This document shows positions 53,701 to 64,000 of a stretch of DNA of 64,000 nucleotides, in pieces. Positions within the stretch are counted from its first letter, which is position 1, and each line of letters begins with the position of its first letter. The notes beneath the pieces were generated by a model. That model was given only the letters and a program-made list of their open reading frames with translations, made no database searches and was not told the DNA's origin. The translations under genes and the position numbers were made by a program. The DNA lies in assembly GCA_050230475.1 (NCBI GenBank), contig JBFLGF010000001.1, positions 1-64,000 of the forward strand, written 5' to 3'. The DNA is from Ancylonema sp. (Eukaryota).

Positions 53701-55920
53701 GATCTTAGCGTAGAGGTGGTTCTCGCGTAGGATTGCCAGGATAGCACGGACGTGGGGGACATGTTCGGCGTAGAGGACTGTATGATCAGGATCAGAGAAT
53801 CTGATAGGAGCTACCCGGATCTGGTTGCGCACTAGCCGTAGAAATGTAGCCAGACTTGCAGAATCTCCTGAATATTATTGTAAATCAGGAAGGACCATTT
53901 CTGAGTGAGTTGGCTGGTAGGCTGGTGGGGAAACAGGGATAGGCTGAGGGAAAGAAGTGGGTGGGGCTGAGATAGGAGATGGGGTGCTGAGGTGCGCCTC
54001 CACCACCTTTTGTTTTTCATGAAGCTCATTGGATTGTGCGAATAAGGTCGTGATTCTTTCATCTAATTTTGCCTGCCGTTCCATATTCTCGCTCATTTGC
54101 AAACTCATGGCTTTCAGAGTCTCCACAATCTGTTGCAACTCCATGAGGAAAACTGGAAACTCAGAAAAAAAAATGAGGTTTTCGCCCTTAAAAGAAGTTA
54201 AACCTCAATTGTATTCCTATCAAAGTGTTAGGAGTGGAATAAAATGGAACTCCTAGCAATCTATGTTGCAAGTGCACAAGATAATGGCGAAAATGAGTTG
54301 ATAGGATGGAGGGAAATGAGCCGATGGTCAAATGGTCGGGTTGATATGGTAGGGGCACAAGGTGCAAGTACATGAGTTGATAGGAATGCTCTATCGGCAT
54401 TCCTATCGGCTAGATATCGGAAAGTCGGCCCTAGCCGACTCTAGGAATCATGTGGGATAAATAAGTCAAGGGCGGCCGAGTACACAACAGAATGTAGCTA
54501 AAGGCACAACTGCTCAGACTAAGGACACACCAGAATACTCCCTAGGGGCCAGGCGGCCGCTAGGGACACAACTCCCCCCGCTCTATAGGGACAGAACTCG
54601 CCGCTATAGAGGAAACTGAGCTAGTAGCGCTCTAGCGCTAAGTGTGGAGACCTCGCTAGGGAACCCTAGTGACTGTAGCGAGGGTCCTAACAGCAGCGGT
54701 CGTCGGTAGTCTCGCATGAGGTGACCTGGCGCATTGCAGCTGTGGCACTTCTTCTGAGGTCTAGCTCCTCGAGCTTGGCCACCTCCGTCTCCGTTCGGGC
54801 AGCTAGTTCGATAGTGGCCGAACTGCTGACAACCGTGGCGACGGACGTTGCTGAAGTCTGGTCCTTGCTAGGGCGTGCCGCTAGATCCGGCTCCGCCAGA
54901 TCCGCCATAGTGGGCTTGTGGGCCGTCGAGAGGCTCGCCACGCTTCCGCGCGCTGACGATGAGCTTGGTGTCTTTTTGCTGTAGAGCCGAGGTGATGTGG
55001 GGGATTGTGTAGAGGGTCGGAGAAGACTCTGCCCAGCTCTGAACGACCTCCACCATGGAGTCGTATCGGGAGCTGAGGGAGTTTATCAGGTTCGTCGCCT
55101 GGTCTGCTTCGCTGACTGGCTTCCCCAGGTGCGCAAGCTCTCCATGGATGACCTGCAGGCGTTTGACAAACTCTTGTAAGTCTTCTGCCTCCGCCATTAC
55201 CGTAGCACTCAGTTTAGCCAGGGCATTAGCTACTTCAATAGCGCCCTGGACTTCGTAAAATGATGCAAGGTTGTTTCACATTTCAAAAGCGTTATTTACA
55301 ATCCCTGACATGGACCTGCTCTGACGGACCTAAGAACCGAACAATGTAGGCCTGCGCCTTAAGTCCTGAGCATCCTAAGCATCAACAAGTACATTCCTAG
55401 CATCGACATTTTGTTGGTGTGTGTTGGCAGCTGCTATTCTAGCTGCAGCATCACCAATCAATGACTCGACTACTGCCTGAGTCAGCGGCTCGATAACAGC
55501 TGGGCGAGGTATTCTCGTCCTCCCTTTGAAGTCGATGACATATCGATGAAGCTCTTTCTCGATCAGGCCGAACCTGACCTTAAAGGCCCATCCCTGATAT
55601 GCTGCTCCGATGAACTGGGGAATAATTGCCTTATCCGCCATCTGCACCAGAGTTAATACACAAATTCCAACACAAAATATGCAGCAGCTAACAGATCTAG
55701 CAAAACTTTGGCGGCAATTTGGAACACGAAGCTCTCAGCTCACAATGCGAAAATAGAAGCAGAACGTAATTCAAGAATTACGAGCTATAGCAATTCCGGA
55801 TCTAATTGCCCTAAATTAGGCACAATTTACCTTGATTTCCAGAGCAACTTTGCCTGGTGAAAACGTGGAAATCTATAGGATCCGACTCGGATGTCCTAGA
55901 CAATATGTGGGCCCATAACC
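50743..55920 (-). mobile_element. Truncated Ty1/Copia element (gag only), interrupted by the chromovirus
   Basis: PBS minus GGTTATGGGCCCA at 55908-55920. gag N-terminus YQGWAFKVRFGLIEKEL, UBN2-like DLQEFVKRLQVIHGELAHLG...LINSLSSRYD, and knuckle CHSCNAPGH. The gag tail resumes left of 50917. Confidence 0.8.
50917..54692 (-). mobile_element. Ty3/Gypsy chromovirus with both LTRs (54226-54692, 50917-51381); internally deleted
   Basis: Highly similar TG...CA LTRs, [32 protein letters not shown]-terminus, RNase H (LEADASD; WRVYLEG; VYTDHKNL), integrase (GHFG; PWTSVSLDWITDLP; ISDRD; HPQTDGQTER) and chromodomain (YLVDWVGYDESERSWEP). Frameshifts are present. Confidence 0.95.
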
Positions 55921-56387
55921 TAAAACGATTTGTCACTTAACACGGTAGCGCACAAGTTCATTGCTTTACAATACACGACAATAAACTGTACGGTAAAGCA
56001 ACATCGTTTTGGTATGATTGTGAAATGTAATTAGAAAAGCATTCTCGTCGGGCTAATGTACCCGACGTGGCGACACCGGTACAATCATTACTGAACACTT
56101 TTCTAACCGACGGTCGGAACTATCGACCGCCGTCGTGCTACCGCACGTGTGTCTACGGCAACCTGCCGCCGGACACGACTGTCACCGCACGAATCCAACT
56201 AATGGAGTGGGGACACCGCATAGCATCCTACAACGACTACTAGTTTTTGGTCACGTCGTGCAAGTGTGGACGTGCATGTGCGGACGGATACCCGGGTATG
56301 CATTCCCGGCTCCGTGTCCTAAAATACAATTTAGCCCGACAAAGCAAACAAGTTATTTTCGTACCTATCCGAACTCAAATTCCTAAC

Positions 56388-56470
56388 AGCCCCGCCCCGA
56401 AAATCCCGCCCCGCTTCCCGCCCCGGGCGGGTCCGCCCAGGGCGGGAAATTCCCCGCCCGGGGCGGGGCT
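56388..56470. repeat. Short GC-rich foldback (MITE relic)
   Basis: AGCCCCGCCCC ... GGGGCGGGGCT inverted ends with internal CCCGCCC motifs. Confidence 0.5.
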
Positions 56471-57585
56471 CACTATGCTTTGTACCCATACTTTCTCGAT
56501 ATCTCGATAACATCCCGGAATCTCCATCGCTTCCTCGCACGTGTCTTGCTAGCTACGCTTGATAGTGCTGCGCTGCGTTGCGGTAGAGGTTGGCAGGATA
56601 CCCACTGGCCAAACAGATCACCAGCTCACGGCGCATCTGGGCAACCAAGGGCTCCATTGCCTTGGATATTGGGCCCAGATCTTAGCCTAGCCGCACGTGT
56701 GTGACGTCATCGATCTCTATAGGTACGTCAACTTCAAAGGCATAAAAAATCGACATGCAAAGGAAATACAAGTTATGTTTACTGTGAGATTATCGAACTA
56801 CCTTCCAATGATTGTGTCTTTCTCATGTGCATTGCATTACTAATAAGAACGCTCAACTCGAATTATATGTATCATAAATTTGTTTCCAAACTCGCATTGC
56901 ATCATTTGGGGGTGAAAACCTTTTTTCTGGTGGTTTTTTGGGGTTGCGTGTTGCTTTTCGGGGTTGCGTGTTGCTTTTTGGGGTTGCGTGTTGCTACTTG
57001 GGGTTTCGTGGGGTTGGGTGGGGTTGCGTGGGGTTGCGAAAAAAATAACAACACGCAACCCAAAGGGGTTTGGGGTGCGCGGGTTAAACGGACGATTCGG
57101 ATATGAAAACTTACACATATACGAATACACATGCATGTATTGTATTATTTAACGGGCAACATGCAAATAGATATCCAATTTCTCGGATTCCGGAAAATTC
57201 GGAAATCAATTTCCCCTATTGCAAGGGTGTTGTTATACATGAAAATATATACCACACAGACACTCTTCTGGTGTATGTATCCTGTGAAGAGTATTATGTG
57301 TACATCCAAGGGGAGATTTATAGATGGAGTTGCAAGTTGATTGCTTATTTTTTATGTGGATCGCGGTGGCCGTTGTCATTCTACATGGTTGGCCCCGCCC
57401 GAAAAAGTACGTGAAATGATGGTTTTTTGGATGTGGCATTAGTTGGGTGACAATATTCAAGTCTTGGCTATGCGTGTTAAGATTCCCATAGGAACAATAG
57501 CTATTGTAATTGTGTGGAGATGAAACGCATGAAATAAATAATAAATTGTTGCAAAATTTCAACAATTTTTGCATATTTGATTAAA

Positions 57586-58114
57586 TACTCAAATCCCGAT
57601 AGAAGAAACCTAAAAATGCTAGGAGGGGGGAATCATATGGCGATATTTCTTTTACTGTGTATAAGAATCTTTGTATGGGTGACCTCGTAAAGATGCTTCA
57701 TATGACGAGGTTTGGACACGTGCATTCATATCGTCGAATCTATAAGCGTGCATATTATATTCGGTACATGTGGACGTGCAATACATGAATTGGAGGACGT
57801 GAGAAGATTTCGTGATGATATTTGCACTCGCGTTGTACGCGTAAATTGTTAATTGCAGGCGGTTTCGGGATATTAGGTGAGACATTTACGAAGAGTTATG
57901 TATAAAAAATATTTATTAGGGGAATACGAAGTTAGAGGGGTTTTACTTCATACAAGAAACCCGTAATAGTGAATCGGAAATAATTGTTTCGTATATCGAA
58001 GCTGCTCATGCTTATATCGGGGGAATTTTAGCGGGGAAAATATAATGTTGAGAAAAAACCTTATTTTAGCGAGGAGTTTCTTATATCGAAGTTTCGTATA
58101 TCGAGGTTTGAGTG
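57586..58114. mobile_element. pogo-like MITE
   Basis: Inverted ends TACTCAAATCCCGATA / TATCGAGGTTTGAGTG followed by TA, with repeated TATATCG motifs. Confidence 0.55.
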
Positions 58115-59020
58115 TAACCAACTAACTGCCAATCACACACGTATTCCTAGCATACTAAAACTGTCAATTATCCATACCACCCGCCACTTTTGGCGGGTCG
58201 GCGGATGTATCGCGGTTGGGGCGGGTGGATGGCGGGTAGAGGGCGGAGGGGGGGTGGGCGCTATAGCGACCGCCAAAGTGTTGAGGGTGGGACGGGTTTC
58301 GGACCCGATCAGATCGCGGGTGGATGAGGGTGGCGGGTGGGCCCAAACACGATACACTAGGCCCTTTTGTTGACAGGAGTTGTGCGGCTTTGGGCTCCGG
58401 CCTCGTCCGTGAAGGATCAGCCATAGTGGGCCAATCCCTTGCCTGCCGCACTGGTCTTAAATTCGCTGGCTCTCCGACTTCTCGTGAATTACATACAAAG
58501 CCAAATTGTCCGTGACAAATGGCAAGACACCAATAGACTAGGATCCCACTGGACACAAAAACGATGATGGTATGAATTATTTGTTATGAAAACTCCGTAG
58601 AGTATATATTGAATTTGCCTCACAAGCCGAGGACAAATTGGTTCAACCAACCGGTGCGTAGGTTGACTAAAGTCTACTCGCTAACGTCATTTCCCGTGAA
58701 CACATTAATGCGACTATTCATATTCACCGCATTGGTGCACACTCAACTATGCAAATCTAGTGCAACTTAGTCCGGTACTAGAGTAAACCTGTACAAACTC
58801 ATAGTACTCGCTTCCACGCCCATTGCGCCTAAGTGCGACCTACATATTTGTCGATTCACATCCTCATGCATATTGTATCGACTCACAACATGGACACACA
58901 TGCACATTATAGTCACATCTCCGGTCCACGCTAATTCTACAATTATTATCATCGCCACATACATACATTTTCTGCATTAAGACTACCAAAAAACTTACTA
59001 CCAAACTTTGTCGCTTCTTT

Positions 59021-59609
59021 TGATGCACATTGCACATTGCACATTGCACATTGCGAGAGCAATCTGCCCGGCAGATTGCTCTCGGCCCCGAATTGATTTG
59101 CAGATTTTGCCGTCCTTGGCAAATGCAAACTTCGTACGGATTTGCTCGCAAACGTCCGGAATACGTACGTGAAATGTGGCAAACGTGTACGGGTTGTACG
59201 GATACAAACGTTTGCGATTGCAAACGTTTGAAGTACGTCCGTGAAACAACGTGTACAGATTGTACGGATGCAAACGTTTGCGATCGCAAACGTTTGCGTG
59301 CAGTTTTTTTTATAGCTTTTTGGAAGTTTCGCATAATATTGGTTACGTTTTTATCATGAACGTCATGAACCAATGATGACGAGTCTTACAAAATTTCACA
59401 CTACAGATACCGGAAGTGTAGCACATGTAAAGTAAAGCAACACGTTGCGGACGTTTGCAAAACGTTTGAAAATTCGAACTTTTGCAAAACGTTTGCAAAT
59501 GCAAACGTTTTGCAAACGCATTTGCAACAAACGCCGTACGCACGTATTCCGTACGTACGCGTTTGCAATACGGGGTTTGCAAGCATTGTTTCCGTCCCGG
59601 TGCATCACT
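59021..59609. mobile_element. Second, decayed member of the 48918-49710 hAT MITE family, in inverted orientation
   Basis: Right end CCGTCCCGGTGCATCACT with the same GCAAACGTTT/GTACGG repeats. The left TIR is reduced to TGATGCAC followed by (TGCACAT)n. Confidence 0.75.
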
Positions 59610-60929
59610 TATCAAAACTCGAAATTTGGAGGGGGGGGGGGACCGCTACGTTTGAACATCACATAGTTTAGACTCATCACAATGTGGCGTCACAAATGCG
59701 GGAACAATTTAAATTAGAACATGAATCCTATTGTTCATAACCCGAAATTACTCAAAAACATATAAGGTTAGAGTCTTCGAAATCCACGTGCAAGAGTTCA
59801 ACGAGATATGATTTCTTGCGACGAAAACATGTCGGGTCCTCTACCACATCTTCGGTAATAGTCCACTCTACCGCCCTTGTGGCATGTACATACAGTGAAC
59901 ACTCGATGCAATGGCATGTGTACCAACGGTGTCAATTCAATGTCCCTCCATCGAATACCGGGGCTCTCATTATATATTGTATAAAGACATTTGCTAGGGA
60001 GACATTGGTGTCTGTCGCTATATGAGTTGAAAGTGAAATGTAGGTAATTTGAGGTATTGGACAGGGTTCACAATTGGATTTCATATCCTTTTGTGTAAAT
60101 CGATGTGGTGTTAACCCAAGGCTAAAGCAACAACCAATGTATTTTTAAGATTAGAGCACATAATATAGTTGCTCTTTTGGTACTACGGCACACCCGAACA
60201 CGAAGAGAATGAACAAAGGGTTGAATTTAAGCTTGATAAAAAATACCCCTATTTCATTTTTTGACTCAACCTCGGCTTTTCGTGCCCCAATTTTTGTCAC
60301 AACAATAAGAACGATCAAGACCTTCAAGAAGACCAACCAACGTCAGCGACTGTTCTAGATGAGCACGTTCATAAATATATGGTATATAATTTTGGATGTG
60401 TGAACCCACACCAAAGCCCTGACGTGCTGTTTGGAGTCGGCCGCCCGGATTGATGTTTTCAACACTTTGTCACAATTGTTCTCGAATGTTTCTCAAAATG
60501 GTGCATGTGGTAATGCTCGTGGTGGTGTAGCGATGATGTCAATTGGGTTGGTATCGATGATGTTCGTAGGTGGTAGAAGAGTCTCTGGTGAACTTAGTGG
60601 TCCGGCTGCTCTCACTTGAAGTAGTATTGCAGATTGAGTCTCTGCTGAGATATCAATATTATATCTATCACACGTCTTAGCGGTCTGGTGAAATTCACTA
60701 CTTAACGCTGAGGGCAAGCTAACAGATGGTTTACAGCACACAAGTCTGAGAAAATACTGTAAAGCAAACAAGATAGTATGGTGCAGACTATCAAGGTTAA
60801 CAGCCGTAAGAGATACTTTCGGTGCGAAAGCAAAGTATCGACGGCGAGTCGATAAAAAATGCTGGCTATTCAGTAAGAGCGTCAGCAAATAGGTGTAAAC
60901 AACAGAGGCTGGCTCGGAGCGAGCGACAA

Positions 60930-60969
<40 letters not shown>

Positions 60970-62216
60970 TGAAATAGCCGGTTCGGAGCGAACGCAGGCA
61001 AATCGAGAGATGCTTTACACACACACACGCACGCTTGCTGGCTCAGAGAGAGAGTCAGCGAATCGATGTAAGAAATTACAATCGATATCAAGGCTGGCTC
61101 ATAAAGAGCGTCAGCAACAGATTTAGATGAATCATGAATACACACACATACAGATTGCAAAGAATGATTTGCAAACTTGCATGCTGGCTCACGGATGTCA
61201 GGCTGAGTCGCGAAGTCGCGTAAGCGAAGGGATGCAATATTCACGAAATTGCAAGGTTTCAGATAACACACAAAAGATTGTTGGAAGATATTTCTTAACA
61301 GCGCAATCTGACAGCGGAAGCTGGCAGATCTGAAAGTACGTTGACTTTTATCTCAATAGTTGTTGCGCGGTGCTAACCAGCATAGTTTAACTAGAGTTAA
61401 GCTATCGAAGATAACGACAGGTTGGCTTCTAGAACATTACAATTAATCTCGGCGCTACACTGAACGGCGCGAGATATTACTCCAGTTCCACGGCTGAATT
61501 TAATCGCCGGAATTATCGACAAGTCGAAAGTGACTTGTGATTTTAACAAAATCGACACGCAGCTATTTGTTGAAGACTACTGGATTCTAGACTTCGGAAA
61601 ATACGCCACGCGTTATTTTCGAGTGGTACAAATTTCGTACTTCACTATTTTCCTTTGAAAGTACTAATTCTAAAAAGTCGTTGTATCGAATACTCTCGTT
61701 ACAGCGGAGTATTAATCTAGAGGGGTTTCTGATCAATCTAGAGGGATTTTGCCTTAGCGATCTCTAGCGTCATGAGAGCCCCATGAGGTGGGGATTTAAA
61801 TATTTTGACGCTAGAACTTAATCGTATTGATTCGTTTCCCCCCCCCCCCCTTTTTACATGAATATGTTACTCGAATCGTGTATGGTCTCATAGAAAATTG
61901 TTATGTAGTCATCTCAATAATATAGTCGTGAATTTTGGCCACTCCAACGTGTGTCACAATAGTGTTTGTCACTATATTGTGTGTGTAGAATTGGAATAAA
62001 GGCGGAAACACTGTGGCAATATGTCGAAATTGTCACCATATGTCGAACTTGTCACCATCTGTCAAACGTCACCATATCGAGCTATTCAATATACCTTGCT
62101 ACGGTAGTACCAAAAATAGAAGAAATCCAAAAACCATAAAAGAGGATTTTTGATGTAAATCATGATACGAGTTGTAAGAACGGAAAAACTTCCCCAACCA
62201 TCGGTTCAAATCATAC

Positions 62217-63757
62217 TAGTACCCGGACGCAGGGTTGCACAATACGCACAATACGTTGAGTTATCATACGCTAAATACGCGTATTGTGTTCCAAGCGTAT
62301 TAACACGCTAGAATACGCTTCAATATACGCTAACTTTTGAATTTGCACGAATTTTTGGTATGATATTGCAGGTACAAAATTATGACGGAGGCAAACCCCA
62401 CAGCGAGGTCCACGTGGTGTGAAAGTGAAATGGTGAAAGTGAAATTTATTCGATACAAAATCGCACGGCGAAAATCATCTACATCTTTGCTAGTACACCT
62501 TATCCGACCGTTCATGTTAAAATGGGATGTTGGCGGGAAGGATGGAACGTGTTACCCCATTTTCCACGCCTTGCAAGATCATTTGACTCGGCCGTAATAA
62601 GTAGCGTGCGGCTGCAAAGATATACTTCATCCATGTTCAAGTCACTGTGGATTTTGGGCCACCGGTTCCGTCTTTCAATGCCGAGAGGATCCATACTGTC
62701 ACGCAGGGAGGAGAAAACACGGAGCCAGGTTTGCATTTTGCTTCAATACTCTATTGACCCTCATGTCGATTATTGTCATCGTCAAAAGAAATCTAGAGGA
62801 GGTTGCACTATAATTATGGAAGATTATAAAAACTAAAACTCTATACTTGTATCAATGATATGCGTTGTGTCAATGATTCATTCTCATAGATGTTGTCGAA
62901 AAAACTTTGTAGTGAAGAAAATAGTTGATTTGAAGTTGTGGTTAAAAATATGTAAAACTTATAGTTTTAGCGTGTTGCGTGCCAGAAATAAGGGTACAGA
63001 CGTAGTTTGGTCCAAACGTTGACTCATTGGACACGAGTAATTTGTGGTCCGATTGATGTGATGAACATCAATGAAACGTGTGCAGATGAAATCAAATGAA
63101 AGTAGAGGAGATGAGAAGAGTGGATCTATCAACGAATGCCCCATTCTCTCACCAGAAAAATGGATAAAACAATTGCACATCTATTGGTAGAACATGCGGC
63201 TGTCATGTATTTCACTAGTAAAAGCCTCCAATTCGATTTTGGATAGGCACCCAATGTTGTCATTCTACTTCCGGGTATGTGTGGGGTATCAAAACCATGA
63301 AAAACCACATGTGTATAGACACGTATTCTCGAATCGTGAGATTTTTCAACACGCGAAATACGGCGTATTGTGACCCCACCGTATTGATAGCGTATTGCGT
63401 ATTGCGTAACCCTCCCCGGAGGATCATGGCTCATAGCGGATGCATTCGGAAGACGTTCGCTAGCGGACGCGTCCGCGACGTCCGGGTCCGCAAGGCGTCC
63501 GGGTACGTAGGGAGTATTAACCAAATCAAAAAGTTGCCGGGCGACAAAGATATTTGTGTTCTTCCGAACTTGAGATCCTACAACTTTTAAGATACAGGGC
63601 AACTTTAAGGCCTGGGGATAATCGCCCATACGAATTTTAGCGAAAAAGAAATAGGACGGGGTCTATGGGGTGTGAGGATCTGTACGGTACCTGGACGTCC
63701 ACTGGAAATTTGCGGACGCGTCTGCGACGTCTGCGTACGCAAAGCGTCCGGGTACTA
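62217..63757. mobile_element. TIR element relic of unknown superfamily
   Basis: TAGTACCCGGACGC (62217) is inverted at 63744-63757 and partly at 63495-63510. AATACGC repeats on the left are mirrored by GCGTATT repeats on the right. No TSD found. Confidence 0.55.
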
Positions 63758-63760
63758 CCA

Positions 63761-64000
63761 CAGTAAAACCTGTCTTAAGTAATACTGTCTTAATTAATAA
63801 CTTGTCTTAATTTATAATTTTTTCCGGTCCTGACCTTGGGCGAGTGTAATTATTAACAAACCTCTCAAACGTGATAACTAATAAGTTTTCCCGGTCCCGC
63901 CTACATGTTAGTTAATTAATACGTGCTAATTAATAATGTACGGAATCCGTACGTATTTGTACAAAATATTTGTACGGATTGAGGATATGAGGGAGGGGGT
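63761..64000. mobile_element. Start of a pogo-like MITE related to 26005-26177
   Basis: Begins CAGTAAAACCTGTCT, identical to the TIR at 26005. Confidence 0.55.

Noticed and set aside
60430..61440. Possible solo LTR or retroelement leader with a (CA)n tract
   Set aside because: No convincing PBS, PPT, TSD or second copy in the window, so it cannot be supported.

Overview
Eukaryotic, intron-rich and transposon-rich genomic DNA. It is most consistent with a streptophyte (charophyte alga or early-diverging plant): the actin has introns at 20-3, 76-1, 152-1 and 356-3, and EDM2 and GH79 genes are present. Spliced host genes reconstructed by hand: a C2-domain protein with a Gly/Cys tail (-), actin (+), PP2A B'' subunit TON2/FASS (-), an EDM2-like PHD/methyltransferase-like protein (+), a GH79 heparanase-like beta-glucuronidase (+), and a five-exon bacterial-type 3D-domain (MltA/YuiC-like lytic transglycosylase fold) gene (-) that no single ORF captures. 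There is also a BTB pseudogene and a possible MATH-domain relic. Mobile DNA includes two decayed Ty1/Copia elements, a decayed Ty3/Gypsy, a chromovirus with paired LTRs and an apparent self-priming PBS nested in a Copia, hAT and pogo/Tc1-like MITEs, a twice-present 1.3 kb (CATA)n-tailed repeat, and long microsatellites. All family calls come from motif recognition, not database searches, and exon boundaries are manual predictions.
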